From contig DATHVN010000163.1 of assembly GCA_035461305.1 (NCBI GenBank), forward strand, positions 5,840-69,839: a DNA stretch of 64,000 bases. Direction: 5' to 3'. This document shows, piece by piece, positions 52,105 through 61,925 of this stretch (the first letter of the stretch is position 1; each line of letters begins with the position of its first letter). The translations under genes and the position numbers were made by a program. Below the pieces are notes generated by a model, which did not search any database, was not told the DNA's origin, and worked only from the letters and a program-made list of their open reading frames with translations. This stretch comes from Euzebyales bacterium (GTDB lineage Bacteria > Actinomycetota > Nitriliruptoria > Euzebyales > JAHELV01).

Positions 52105-52108
<4 letters not shown>

Positions 52109-52590
52109 GGCTGCCCCTCACACGACACCAGCGGCCAAGGGATGCCGGTAAACCGCCATGCGCCGACCTCGCGGGTGAGCCTGAACAGCTCCGTCGTGCT
52201 GTCCACCGCCTCGAAGGGCGGCAGTGCCGTGTTCGGGTGCAGCACGACGCGCACCTCAGCGCGGTCGCCCGTGACCTGGACGTCGTCGAGGTCTGCGGTC
52301 AGGCCCTCGGGGACCCACGTCGCGCGGAACGCCGACGCGGGGCAGCGCTCGGCCGTCGCCTCGGACAGGTAGCCTGTCGCAGCTGCGTGGTCATGCTCGA
52401 GCACGGCCTGCAGGTATGCCTGGACGACGCCCTCGGGGCGGCCGATGTCGAGCGACGTCGGTGGGCGCAGCGCCGCGATGACCAGGCCGACGACGAGGGC
52501 GACGACCACCAGGCCAGCGAGGATCCACAGCAGCGACGTCGGGCGTCGCAGCCGGGTCCGGTGCGGCTCGAGGTCGCTGGCGGTCATCAC
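52105..52590 (-). CDS. single-pass membrane-anchored protein of unknown function
   Basis: One TM segment (LLWILAGLVVVALVVGLVIAAL) is followed by a soluble domain (VVQAYLQAVLEHDHAAATGYL...). It lies 32 nt downstream of the SdhD-like gene on the same strand. Confidence 0.65.
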
Positions 52591-52622
52591 GGGTCACTGT
52601 CCTCCGTCCGAGCGTCCAATGG

Positions 52623-53009
52623 TCAGCGCGCGACGACCCAGAGCAGCCAGACGCCGTAGACGACCGTCGCGACCCCGACGCCGGTGACCCAGCGCGTGAT
52701 GCGCCGCTCGATCGCCGGCGTCGGTCCGAGGTCGAACAGCACGGCGCGGACGCCCAACATCGCGTGCAGGGTCACGGTCGCGAGGAACAGGTGCTCAACG
52801 ACGAAGATGACCGGTGATCGCAGGTAGTCGACGACCTCGGCGTACGTCCGCAGCCCACCCTCCACGATGAAGTGATGGGCGACCATGTGCACGGTCAGCA
52901 GCACGAGCAGGGCGACGCCCGTCGCGGCCTGCCACAGCCACGCGGTGCTCGACCGCTCGCGGGTGGCGAACGGCGATGCGGCTTCGGTCATCCGGGTGTC
53001 GGTCGTCAT
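52623..53009 (-). CDS. succinate dehydrogenase/fumarate reductase-type membrane anchor subunit (SdhD-like)
   Basis: A 128-aa protein with three TM helices and His-containing helices (LLTVHMVAHHF, TLHAMLG). Its position after the SdhC-like gene supports the call. Confidence 0.7.
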   Translation of the reverse strand: MTTDTRMTEAASPFATRERSSTAWLWQAATGVALLVLLTVHMVAHHFIVEGGLRTYAEVVDYLRSPVIFVVEHLFLATVTLHAMLGVRAVLFDLGPTPAIERRITRWVTGVGVATVVYGVWLLWVVAR

Positions 53010-53010
53010 G

Positions 53011-53409
53011 TCAGTCCCCGAACAGGAGCACGGCCGCGGTCACCGTGGCCACCGCGCCGGCGACGGAGGCGACGATCAGCATCGTGCGCTGCGCCCGCAC
53101 CCCGAACCCCAGTCCTACGATGGTCAGGCGCAGGCCGTTGAGCGCGTGGATCACCCACCCGGCCACCAGGACCACGTCCAGCGCCAGGAACACCGGCGAG
53201 CGCATCACGTCGACGAAGCGGTCGTAGGACCCGGGTCCGCGTGCGAGCAGGCTCAGCACGGCCAGGTGGATGTAGAGGTAGCCGACCAGCGCAAGGCCGG
53301 TGATCCGGTTGGCCACGTAGGCCCAGGTACCCGAGCCGCGGTGCCGCACGGCGACCCAGCGCGATGTCGCGCGGAGCCTCGACGATCGGGCTGGTGGGCC
53401 CGTGCTCAT
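53011..53409 (-). CDS. succinate dehydrogenase/fumarate reductase-type cytochrome b subunit (SdhC-like)
   Basis: A 132-aa protein. The string AYVANRITGLALVGYLYIHL is typical of SdhC helix I. It has three TM helices and a conserved His (VIHALNGLR). Confidence 0.7.
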   Translation of the reverse strand: MSTGPPARSSRLRATSRWVAVRHRGSGTWAYVANRITGLALVGYLYIHLAVLSLLARGPGSYDRFVDVMRSPVFLALDVVLVAGWVIHALNGLRLTIVGLGFGVRAQRTMLIVASVAGAVATVTAAVLLFGD

Positions 53410-53413
53410 GGTG

Positions 53414-54172
53414 TCACCTCACGCGTCCGCGCAGCCGTCGTCGCAGCAGGTCGCGACGTTGCTGCATGATCGACTCCGCCGGATCGACCTGCTGCGGGCA
53501 GCGCGTCGTGCACTCCCACGCACCGTGGCAACGCCACACGCCGTGCTCACCGTCGGCGAGGTCGAGCAGGCGCTCGCGCTCCTGCGGGTCGTCGGTCTCG
53601 ACACGTGCTCGAGCGAGCGCCGCCAGCATCGCCGGGCCGCGGAACCGGTCGTCGGTCGCCATCGTCGGGCACGCACTGATGCAGATCCCGCACTCGACGC
53701 AGTTCTCGAACCGGTTGAACCGCGCGAGGCCGTCCGCGACCTCGACGGGCCGGGCACGCAGGTCGCCACCGTCCGTTGGGATCGGCAGCCGGTCCTCGGC
53801 TGTGCGCGTGATCGTCATGGTCGACGCGCGCATGCGGTCGAAGAACCCGGCGACGTCCACAGTGAGGTCGCCGGCGAGCGGCAGGTTGCGCAATGGCTCG
53901 ACCCGGACGGGGCTGCGCTGCCGCAACGCCTCCGACAGGTCCGCGATGCACGGCAGCGCCTCGACGCCGTTGACCAGTATCCCGCAGGTCCCGCAGGACG
54001 CGTGGTGGCAGGCGTGGCGAAACGTCAGCGACCGGTCGTGGCGCGCCCAGACCGCCTCGATCGCGTCGAGCACGGTGGCGTCGTCGTGGACGGTGACCTC
54101 ATGCTCCTCGAACCGGCGGTCGGTGCCGCCCGGCCCGCAACGGAACACCTCCAGGGTCGCGGTGATCGTCAT
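53414..54172 (-). CDS. succinate dehydrogenase/fumarate reductase-type iron-sulfur subunit (SdhB/FrdB-like)
   Basis: 2Fe-2S ligands CHHASCGTCGILVNGVEALPC, 4Fe-4S CVECGICISACP and a third cluster CHGAWECTTRCP are present. Start [10 protein letters not shown] at 54172 by codon count. Confidence 0.85.
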   Translation of the reverse strand: MTITATLEVFRCGPGGTDRRFEEHEVTVHDDATVLDAIEAVWARHDRSLTFRHACHHASCGTCGILVNGVEALPCIADLSEALRQRSPVRVEPLRNLPLAGDLTVDVAGFFDRMRASTMTITRTAEDRLPIPTDGGDLRARPVEVADGLARFNRFENCVECGICISACPTMATDDRFRGPAMLAALARARVETDDPQERERLLDLADGEHGVWRCHGAWECTTRCPQQVDPAESIMQQRRDLLRRRLRGRVR

Positions 54173-55332
54173 GACCTCGCGTGGAAGCGTCGATGGTCGA
54201 CGAGCGGGATGTCTGTTGTGCGGCACGGCGCGTCGACGCCGAGCTTGCCGCACACGATGTCGGCGACCTTCTCGGCCATGGCACGGGCCGTCGTCGTCTT
54301 TCCACCCGAGATCGTCACGAAGCCCTCCACGCCGTCGGCCTTGTGGTCGAAGCACTCGAACGTGCGGCTGACCAGCCGGGCGTCGACCCCCGGCTTGCTG
54401 ATCAGCGGACGGGCCACCGCCATGACGCCGCGGATGCTGGCGGCGGCGATCTCCGGGAGCAGGTCCCGGCCACGGTCGAGCATCCGCGTGACGTGGTCGG
54501 CGGGGATCGGGATGTGGTCGGGGTCGTCGACGCTCCACGACGTCGTGCCGATGATCGACGTCGTGCGCTGGGGCACCACGATGTCGCCGTCGGACGGCAC
54601 GTTGAGCCGGTTGATGACCATGTTGTTGAGCCGTCGCCCCATCGTCACCATCACCCCGGGCGTCGGGCTGACCGGGACGTCGACCTCCGCCATGGACGCC
54701 AGGTGCTCCGCCCACGGCCCACCGGCGTTTATGACGAGGTCGGCGCCCAGTGTGTCGGTGCGTCCCGTGAGGCGGTCCACGACGGTCACGCCCGTGACGT
54801 AGCCGTTGGTGCTGTCGAGGTCGACGACCTCGGTGAAGGTCCTGACCTGCGCGCCGTTGGCCTGCGCGGTCGCGAGGAACGCGAGGCAGAACCGGTAGGG
54901 CTCGAACACGCCGTCGGGCACCTGCACCGCCGCGAGGACGTCTGGTGTGAGGAACGGCTCGAGCTGCCTCGCGCGGTCCGGTTCCAGCTCGCGCGCCGGG
55001 ATGTGGCAGCGGGCGCAGGCCTCGAGGAAGGCGTCCTTGTAGGCCAGGTCTTCCTCGGTGGTCGCCACGAACAGCCCGTCGTTCAGCTCCAGCAGGTCGG
55101 GCATGATCCGGCGCAGCGCCAGGTTCTCGTCGATGCACTCGATGCCCGCCTCGTCGTCGGTCACGCAGTAGCGACCACCGGAGTGCAGCAGGCAGTGGTT
55201 GCGCCCGGTCGTGCCGGACGCAACCTCACCGCGTTCGACGACGACGACGTCGACGCCGCGCAGCGCGAGGTCGTGCGCCGTCGCGGCCCCTGTCGAGCCC
55301 GCGCCGATCACGATGACCCGTGGACGACCCAT
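54169..55332 (-). CDS. GlpA-like FAD-dependent glycerol-3-phosphate dehydrogenase core, lacking the C-terminal BFD-like 2Fe-2S domain
   Basis: [64 protein letters not shown]...IIGTTS and [27 protein letters not shown] closely parallel E. coli GlpA. It is 387 aa versus 542 aa for GlpA. Its stop overlaps the SdhB-like start (ATGA). Confidence 0.85.
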   Translation of the reverse strand: MGRPRVIVIGAGSTGAATAHDLALRGVDVVVVERGEVASGTTGRNHCLLHSGGRYCVTDDEAGIECIDENLALRRIMPDLLELNDGLFVATTEEDLAYKDAFLEACARCHIPARELEPDRARQLEPFLTPDVLAAVQVPDGVFEPYRFCLAFLATAQANGAQVRTFTEVVDLDSTNGYVTGVTVVDRLTGRTDTLGADLVINAGGPWAEHLASMAEVDVPVSPTPGVMVTMGRRLNNMVINRLNVPSDGDIVVPQRTTSIIGTTSWSVDDPDHIPIPADHVTRMLDRGRDLLPEIAAASIRGVMAVARPLISKPGVDARLVSRTFECFDHKADGVEGFVTISGGKTTTARAMAEKVADIVCGKLGVDAPCRTTDIPLVDHRRFHARS

Positions 55333-55583
55333 GTCACGTCCGCTCCTCGCCGAGCGCCGACCCAAGGAAACCCGCAGGCGCCGGGGTGTGCCCAGGGCCG
55401 AAGTCCCGGTCGGACGGTACCGTTCGGCGATCCACGCCGGTCCACCGACCATCGTCCGTCCGATTCCGCGCCGTTCGGCCCTGTCCTTCTGCCGACGGTC
55501 CCACAGGCTGGACCTGGTCCGGGACCGCGCGAGGTCCCTCGCATGCGACTGCGGTGACCCGGCACAGGTGGAGGTGGCACACG

Positions 55584-57035
55584 ATGACTGCGACACGCGT
55601 GACCCTGTTGGTCGTGGGCGCCATCGCCGGTCTGATCGGCATGGCGCTGGTCGCTGCCGGCCTCGCACTGCTGGTGTTCGACGCCGCAGGACAGGACGCC
55701 GACGGCTACTTCACCAGCCCGTCCTACGAGCTGGCGACGAACGGGTACGCGATCACGTCAGAGGACATCGATTTGCGCGTGGAGGCCGAGCCGGCCGCCT
55801 GGACTCCGGACTTCGGCGACGTCAGCGCCCGGGTGACCGTGACGCCCGACGACCCCACGAGCGAGGTCTTCGTGGGCATCGCGCCCAAGGACGACGTGGA
55901 TCGGTACCTGGGCGGCGTCAACCACGCCGTCATCAGCCGGCTCGGGGACCAGCCCGAGGACGTCAGCTACGGTCAGATCGCGGGTGAGCGGACGCCGCAG
56001 CCTCCGGACACCCAGACGTTCTGGGATGAGTCGAGCGTGGGCGCCGGGGAGCAGGCCATCACCTGGGACGTCCGGTCCGGGCAGTGGGCGGTGGTCATCA
56101 TGGCTGCCGACGCATCGGCCGGTGTCGCGGTGGACGCCACGGCCGGCGTCGCGTCGTCGCTGCTCGTTCCCATCGGTGTGGGCCTGCTGTTGTTCGGACT
56201 GCTCGCGCTCGGCGGCGCGGTCACCCTGGTGGTCGCGGCCGTCGCGGGAGCCGCCGAGCGACCGCCCGGCGAGCCCATCCCGGTGGGCGGGCCCGGCATG
56301 CCGGCGGATCGTGTGTACCCCGTGGTGGTCGAGGCGACGCTGGACGATCCCAGCCGCGGGCTGTGGCTGGTCAAGTGGCTGCTGCTGATCCCGCACTACA
56401 TCGTGCTGTTCCTGCTGTGGATCGCGTTCGCGCTGCTGACCCTGGTCGCGGGGATCGTGATCCTGTTCACCGGTCGCTACCCCAGTGGGATCTTCGCGTT
56501 CACCAGCGGCGTGCTGCGGTGGACGTGGCGCGTCGGCTACTACGGCTACAGCGCGCTGGGCACCGACCGGTACCCGCCCTTCACCCTGGCCGACGTCGAC
56601 TACCCGGCGCGGCTCGACGTCGCCGAGCCCGGTCCGCTGTCGCGCGGCCTCGTGCTGATCAAGTGGTGGCTGCTGGCGATCCCGCACTACATCGTGCTGG
56701 GTGTGCTGGTCGGCAACGGCGTCACCTGGACGACCACCGAGGGCACGGCGGGCCGTGTCCAGGTCGCCACGGGCGGGCTGATCTTCCTGCTCGTGATCAT
56801 CGCCGGGTTCGCGCTGCTGTTCACCGGCCGCTACCCGCCGGGCCTGTTCGACTTCGTCATGGGGCTCAACCGGTGGGTGTACCGCGTGATCGCCTACGTC
56901 GCGCTGATGACCGACGAGTACCCGCCGTTCCGGCTCGATGCCGGGGGCAGTGAACCGACGCCGACTCCGCCGCCACCGACCGACGACGAGCCGTCCGCAG
57001 CGTCACGTCCGGGCGACCAGCCGGCCGAGGTCTGA
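55584..57035 (+). CDS. membrane protein with two DUF4389-like domains
   Basis: Start [12 protein letters not shown] follows AGGTGGAGGTGG. Two internal repeats are present ([20 protein letters not shown]...[10 protein letters not shown]...YPPF and [20 protein letters not shown]...[10 protein letters not shown]...YPPF). Confidence 0.8.
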   Translation: MTATRVTLLVVGAIAGLIGMALVAAGLALLVFDAAGQDADGYFTSPSYELATNGYAITSEDIDLRVEAEPAAWTPDFGDVSARVTVTPDDPTSEVFVGIAPKDDVDRYLGGVNHAVISRLGDQPEDVSYGQIAGERTPQPPDTQTFWDESSVGAGEQAITWDVRSGQWAVVIMAADASAGVAVDATAGVASSLLVPIGVGLLLFGLLALGGAVTLVVAAVAGAAERPPGEPIPVGGPGMPADRVYPVVVEATLDDPSRGLWLVKWLLLIPHYIVLFLLWIAFALLTLVAGIVILFTGRYPSGIFAFTSGVLRWTWRVGYYGYSALGTDRYPPFTLADVDYPARLDVAEPGPLSRGLVLIKWWLLAIPHYIVLGVLVGNGVTWTTTEGTAGRVQVATGGLIFLLVIIAGFALLFTGRYPPGLFDFVMGLNRWVYRVIAYVALMTDEYPPFRLDAGGSEPTPTPPPPTDDEPSAASRPGDQPAEV

Positions 57036-57056
57036 CAGCCGTCGCGCCGGTCGCAG

Positions 57057-57087
57057 GTGACCGGCCATCACGTCGATGGCCGGTCAC
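57057..57087. terminator. perfect 13-bp inverted repeat (GTGACCGGCCATC-ACGTC-GATGGCCGGTCAC) between convergent genes
   Basis: Read from the sequence. It lies between the stops at 57035 (+) and 57238 (-). It has no U-tract, so it is a hairpin-only candidate terminator. Confidence 0.45.
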
Positions 57088-57237
57088 GGTGCCGGCGATC
57101 GGCGCGGTCAGCGATCGGCCACGGTGCGCCGCCCACCGGCACGGACGGTGCCGTGCCCGGCGCCCGGCAGCGTCGGCGACGCGTCACGCCGGCGGCATCG
57201 ACCCGGGTGACACCGCCGGCGGCGCGCCACGCGGCCG

Positions 57238-57894
57238 TCACGCGGTGTCGATCGGAGCTGTCGACGCGTGGGCCGCGAAGAGTGCGGCGACCTCGTCGTC
57301 GCCGATGGGCGCGAAGTGGTTGTACCACTGCCGGATGGACGTGAACGCGTGGGGAGCGTGCAGGCACACGACCTCGTCGGCGTGGTCCCGCAGGTCGCGC
57401 ACGGTCCGGGCTGGACCGACCGGCACCGCCACGACGACCTGCCGGACGTTGCGTCGGCGCATCACCTCGACGGCCGACTTCGCGAGCAGGCCGGTCGCGA
57501 CGCCGTCATCGACGACGATCACCGTGCGGCCCTCCACGGTCAGCGGGGATCGCGTACCGCGGTACCAGCGGGTCCGGCGGTCGAGTTCGGCTTCCTCGTC
57601 CGCGACCACGCCCTCGAGCTGGGCCGGTGTGATGTCGAGGCGAGACACGAGGTCGTCGTCGATGATGCGGAAGCCGCCCTCGGCGACCGCTCCCATGCCG
57701 ACCGCTGGGTCCAGCGGATAGGCCAGCTTGCGCACGACCAGCAGGTCGAGGGGCGCCTGGAGCCGCTCGGCGACCTGGGTCGCGACGGGGATGCCGCCCC
57801 GTGGCAGCCCGATCACGATCGGTTGGTCGAACGAACGCAGCGCCAGGTTGTAGCCCAGGCGGCGTCCCGCGTCCTCACGGTTGACGAAGCGCAT
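57238..57894 (-). CDS. stand-alone phosphoribosyltransferase (paralog of the N-terminal domain of 10910..12304)
   Basis: LPRGGIPVATQVAERLQAPLDLLVVRKL, the PRPP loop VVDDGVATG and EVVCLHAPHAF are collinear with the PRT half of the fusion protein. Confidence 0.88.
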   Translation of the reverse strand: MRFVNREDAGRRLGYNLALRSFDQPIVIGLPRGGIPVATQVAERLQAPLDLLVVRKLAYPLDPAVGMGAVAEGGFRIIDDDLVSRLDITPAQLEGVVADEEAELDRRTRWYRGTRSPLTVEGRTVIVVDDGVATGLLAKSAVEVMRRRNVRQVVVAVPVGPARTVRDLRDHADEVVCLHAPHAFTSIRQWYNHFAPIGDDEVAALFAAHASTAPIDTA

Positions 57895-58071
57895 GGCCGG
57901 CTCCTGTCCACGGCGACGGGGTCTTGCCTTCCGCGTCGGTGTTCGATATCCCCCCAGCCTTCCGCCACGCGCGGTGTGGCGCGGGGTCGATCGTCACGAT
58001 CCCCCCCGTCGGAGGTCCCTGTCGGACGGCAGCGCAACGCCGAGACTGGAGGGCGAAGGACAGGACAGGAC

Positions 58072-58782
58072 ATGGCCGGGTCGACGCGTGAGCGGCCAGA
58101 GAGGACACGGCCGGCGTCGTGGGACGCCGCGCCGGTCGCGACGGGCACGCACCGTCGTCACTTGCCCTGGATCCTGGCGCCGGGGCTGCTCGTGGTCCTG
58201 GTGCTGGCGGCGGCCGTCCTCCTGCTGTCCGATGGAGAGGTGCGCCGGCTGGTACCTGTACCACTCACGTCGACGACGACGTTCGACGTCACCGTGCACG
58301 TCGCCGACGTCGTCGAGATGGACAACGACGGCGTCTTCGGACGACGGCCCCCGGTGGCGGATGACGCCGTGGTGGACGCCGCGGCACGCGACATCGCCAC
58401 CGTCGTCACCCGCTACCTCGATGCGGAGTTCGTGGCGACAGAGACGAGGTTCACCGACGATCCGCTGCCGGCCCTGCTCAGTGACCGCGCGCTGGCTGTC
58501 TCGCGCAGCACAGACCGCGCCGGGCTGGGTGTCGTCGACGTGGCGGTCCGGGAGGTGGAGCCGCAGCAGGTGCGGCTGACCGCGCGCATGGTCACAAGCG
58601 GCGGTGAGGTGGTGCTGGCGGCGGTCCGCTACGACGCCCGCGCGCGGCTCGTGACCGCGGACGGTGCCTCGGACGAACTGCACCAGCGCGCCCGCATGGC
58701 GTTCGTGTCGCAGGGCAGCGGTTGGCGGGCCGACGTGGTCGAGGCCGACCTCACCCTGCCCACGGGGGAGGCTGAGCGGTGA
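58072..58782 (+). CDS. membrane-anchored hypothetical protein
   Basis: Start at MAGSTRER. One TM segment is present (LPWILAPGLLVVLVLAAAVLLL). Its stop overlaps the LCP gene start (GTGA). Confidence 0.6.
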   Translation: MAGSTRERPERTRPASWDAAPVATGTHRRHLPWILAPGLLVVLVLAAAVLLLSDGEVRRLVPVPLTSTTTFDVTVHVADVVEMDNDGVFGRRPPVADDAVVDAAARDIATVVTRYLDAEFVATETRFTDDPLPALLSDRALAVSRSTDRAGLGVVDVAVREVEPQQVRLTARMVTSGGEVVLAAVRYDARARLVTADGASDELHQRARMAFVSQGSGWRADVVEADLTLPTGEAER

Positions 58783-59648
58783 GCCGCCGGACCAGGCGCA
58801 TGGGCGTGGGCACCGTCGTCCTGGCGGTGGTGATGCTGGGCGCGCTGGCGCTGTCGACGTACCGCACGGTCCTGCGTCCGGCGTATGCGCACGACGGGAT
58901 CCTGGTCGTGCTCGTCGTCGGCTCGGACGTTGGCCGGCCCTACCGTCCCGGCGATCCACTGCGCGGGCGTGCCGACGCCATCCACCTGGTGGCCGTCGAC
59001 GTCGGCGCGCGGCGTGCGACGGTCGTCGACATCCCGCGCGACTCGGTGATCGGGGGCACGAAGGTCAACGCGCACCTCGCGACCGGCGGTCCCGAGGCGC
59101 TGGTGGCGCAGCTCGAATCCTTCACCGGCCTGACCATCGACCACTGGGTGCTCACCACGTTCCATGGCTTCGAACGGCTGACCGCCGAGCTCGGTGGCGT
59201 GAACGTCGTGGTCGACGAGCCGATGCACGACAGCTCCTCAGGGTCGGACTTCGAGCCGGGACCTGCCCACGTCCAGGGAGCGACGGCGCTGGCGTTCGCC
59301 CGCGACCGGCACTCGCTGTCCGACGGGGACTTCGGGCGCACGCGGCACCAGGGCGAGTTGCTGCTGGCCATCCACCGACGGGTGGTCGGACACCGGCCGG
59401 GGCCGCGTGAGCTCGTCGACCTGGTTGCCACGGTGGGCCGCACCACGGTCTCGGACGTCCCGCTGCCCGATCTGCTCCCCCTCGCGGTGCTGGCCATCGA
59501 CATCGAGCCCGATGCGGTCGACCACGTTCCCCTGTCCGGGCGCACCGCGATGCTGGGCGATGCCTCGGTCGTCTACCTCGAGCCCGGTGACACGTTCGCC
59601 CGTCTCGTCGACGGCCACGTCGGTCCGTCTCCGCCCGCTTCGGACTGA
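58779..59648 (+). CDS. LytR-CpsA-Psr (LCP) family cell-envelope glycopolymer transferase
   Basis: An N-terminal TM segment is followed by VLVVGSD...RADAIHLVAVD...VVDIPRDS...GGPEALVAQLESFTGLTIDHWV...ALAFARDRH. Confidence 0.85.
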   Translation: MSRRTRRMGVGTVVLAVVMLGALALSTYRTVLRPAYAHDGILVVLVVGSDVGRPYRPGDPLRGRADAIHLVAVDVGARRATVVDIPRDSVIGGTKVNAHLATGGPEALVAQLESFTGLTIDHWVLTTFHGFERLTAELGGVNVVVDEPMHDSSSGSDFEPGPAHVQGATALAFARDRHSLSDGDFGRTRHQGELLLAIHRRVVGHRPGPRELVDLVATVGRTTVSDVPLPDLLPLAVLAIDIEPDAVDHVPLSGRTAMLGDASVVYLEPGDTFARLVDGHVGPSPPASD

Positions 59649-59650
59649 CC

Positions 59651-60202
59651 GTGCCTGCCGACGCGCGGCATCGGCTCACAGCATGGGCGGCGGACGCCCT
59701 GACCTTCGGACGGGCCGTGGTGGCGATCGTCATGCCCGGTGTCCTGGCCGCCGGCAACCTCGATGCCGCCGCCATGCTGGTGGCCAGTGCATGGTGCAGC
59801 GACGCGCTGGACGGACGGCTCGCTCGTGCCAGCACACACGAGACACGGCTGCACGGTGTCGACCTCGTGGTTGACACGGCGGTGGGCGTTGGCGTGCTGC
59901 TGGGCCTGGCGCTGGCCGGGTACGCGCCTGTCCTGCCCGTCGTCCTCGCCGTTGCGGCGCTCGGGGGCGCGTTCCTCGTGACAGGCGCCGACGCGCTCGG
60001 CATGGGCCTGCAAGCCGTCGCCTACGCGTGGTTCATGGCCACGCTGTGGGCTGCGGGAGCGGCCTCGCGGTGGCTGCTGCCGTGCGTCGTCGTGGCGTTG
60101 CTCGTCCTCGAGTTCGAGCGGTTCACAACGGTCGTCGCCCCGGGGTTCATCAGCGGCGTGGCCGCCCTGGGACGACGTGTGGCTCGGCGCGGGCGCCGCT
60201 GA
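59651..60202 (+). CDS. CDP-alcohol phosphatidyltransferase family membrane protein
   Basis: The motif SDALDGRLAR...G..DLVVD (D-x2-DG-x2-AR...D-x3-D) sits in a polytopic hydrophobic protein. Confidence 0.7.
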   Translation: MPADARHRLTAWAADALTFGRAVVAIVMPGVLAAGNLDAAAMLVASAWCSDALDGRLARASTHETRLHGVDLVVDTAVGVGVLLGLALAGYAPVLPVVLAVAALGGAFLVTGADALGMGLQAVAYAWFMATLWAAGAASRWLLPCVVVALLVLEFERFTTVVAPGFISGVAALGRRVARRGRR

Positions 60203-60523
60203 GGGGCATGGGGTGCCGGGGTGATCGACGTGTGACAGGTCGGCCCGCTGCTCATCCCTTCACGACGCCCAGCGGGCGCAGCCAAACGCGGTGGCCGCCT
60301 GTGTGCCGACCATCACGTACGAGGCGGCGCCCATCGATCCTCGGATCAACGCTGGCTGGCCGGTCGCGGCGAGGTCGGCGGGGAGGTCGGGGTCGTCCGG
60401 GCGGCAGGATGCGGGTGGCGCGATCGTCGAGCATCATCAGGGTCACCGTCGTCGGTCGGGGACCCGCGCGCCAGGCCGGATGGTCCCCTGGTCAGCGCCA
60501 ACCGTCACGGCGTGTCGGTCCGC

Positions 60524-60571
60524 GGCGGCCACCCGGGGAGACCGGGTGGCGGCCACCCGGGGAGACCGGGT
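60524..60571. repeat. perfect tandem duplication of a 24-bp unit GGCGGCCACCCGGGGAGACCGGGT; each unit holds a 7-bp-stem hairpin CACCCGG-GGAGA-CCGGGTG
   Basis: Units at 60524-60547 and 60548-60571 are identical when read from the sequence. They lie 110-157 nt upstream of sqr start 60681, inside a 478-bp non-coding gap. Confidence 0.9.
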
Positions 60572-60680
60572 CTCGACGACCTGGGTCCAATGGTCCCGCG
60601 CGGTGCGAGGCGGACGCCCCTGCCACGAGGGTCGCGGAATGGGACCCTGATGCCGTCCGACAAGCCACCCGGAGGTCGTC

Positions 60681-61925
60681 ATGAAGCGCCTGCTCGTGCT
60701 CGGGGCCGGGACCGCCGGGACGATGGTGGTCAACACGCTGCGACCGCGCCTGGATCCGCGCGAGTGGCACATCCAGATCGTGGACCAGGACGCGGCGCAC
60801 CACTACCAGCCTGGGTACCTGTTCATCCCGTTCGGCACCTACACCCCCGATGAGGTCGTGCGGCCGCGCTCCAGGTTCATCCCCGACGGCGTCGAGCTCG
60901 TCACGGGCCAGATCGACGAGGTCCGTCCAGATGCGCGGGAGGTCGGGCTGGCCGACGGCGCAGTGCTCGACTACGACCAGCTGGTCATCGCCACCGGCGT
61001 GACGCCACGCCCCGACCAGACCCCGGGCATGCTCGGTCCGGAGTGGCGACGCAGCATCTTCGACTTCTACACGCTCGGCGGAGCGGTGGCGCTGCGGGAC
61101 GCGCTGGCCGGGTGGCAGGGTGGGCGCCTGGTCGTGCACATCACGGAACTGCCGATGAAGTGCCCGGTGGCGCCGCTGGAGTTCGCCTTCCTCGCCGACG
61201 CGCACCTGCGCCGGCGGGGGCTGCGCGATCGCGTCGAGCTGGTCTTCGTCACGCCGCTCGACGGGGCGTTCACCAAACCGATCGCGTCGGCGCGGTTGGG
61301 CGGCATGCTCGAGAAGCGCGGGATCGCCCTGGAGACCGACTTCATGGTCGAGCGCGTCGAGCTGGACACCAGGACGCTCGTGTCCTACGACGAGCGCGAG
61401 ATCCCGTTCGACCTGCTGGTCACGACCCCGGTGAACATGGGCGCAGACTTCGTGGCGCGCAGCGGTCTCGGCGACGAGCTGAACTGCGTACCGGTGGACA
61501 GGCACACGCTGCTGTCGACCCGCTACGACACGATCTTCGCGGTCGGCGACGCGGCCGACCTGCCGACCTCCAAGGCCGGGTCGACCGCGCACTTCTCGAT
61601 CGAGCTCTTCGCGGACAACTTCGTCCGCCACATCAGGGGCGAGGACATGACCGAGGCCTTCGACGGCCATGCAAACTGCTTCGTCGAGGCGGGTGACGGC
61701 AAGGCCCTGCTGCTCGACTTCAACTACGACACGCAACCGTTGCCGGGCAAGTACCCGCTGCCCGTGGTCGGCCCATTCAGCCTGCTCGACGCGTCCACGG
61801 TCAACCACTGGGGCAAGCACGCGTTCAAGTGGGCCTACTGGAACGTGCTGCTGCCCGGCAGGCGCCTGCCACTGCCCGCCCGGATGACCATGGCAGGCAA
61901 GATCCACGAGGAGGTGGCGCGATGA
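60681..61925 (+). CDS. sulfide:quinone oxidoreductase-like FAD-dependent pyridine nucleotide-disulfide oxidoreductase
   Basis: MKRLLVLGAGTAGT (FAD-binding GxGxxG), YQPGYLFIPFG, KCPVAPLEFAF and FAVGDAADLPTSKAGSTAHF are typical of SQR-type flavoproteins. Confidence 0.8.
   Translation: MKRLLVLGAGTAGTMVVNTLRPRLDPREWHIQIVDQDAAHHYQPGYLFIPFGTYTPDEVVRPRSRFIPDGVELVTGQIDEVRPDAREVGLADGAVLDYDQLVIATGVTPRPDQTPGMLGPEWRRSIFDFYTLGGAVALRDALAGWQGGRLVVHITELPMKCPVAPLEFAFLADAHLRRRGLRDRVELVFVTPLDGAFTKPIASARLGGMLEKRGIALETDFMVERVELDTRTLVSYDEREIPFDLLVTTPVNMGADFVARSGLGDELNCVPVDRHTLLSTRYDTIFAVGDAADLPTSKAGSTAHFSIELFADNFVRHIRGEDMTEAFDGHANCFVEAGDGKALLLDFNYDTQPLPGKYPLPVVGPFSLLDASTVNHWGKHAFKWAYWNVLLPGRRLPLPARMTMAGKIHEEVAR

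Noticed and set aside
60524-60571. The tandem 24-bp repeat as a CRISPR array or minisatellite.
   Set aside because: There are only two directly abutting copies with no spacers, no cas genes in the window, and a unit shorter than typical CRISPR repeats. I kept it as a regulatory or structural repeat instead.
60028-60684. Track ORFs inside the sqr leader (60028..60684 +, 60291..60650 +, 60443..60772 -) as possible regulator genes.
   Set aside because: The translations are Arg/Gly/Pro-rich with no HTH or other motif, and they overlap each other in different frames. I treated the region as non-coding.
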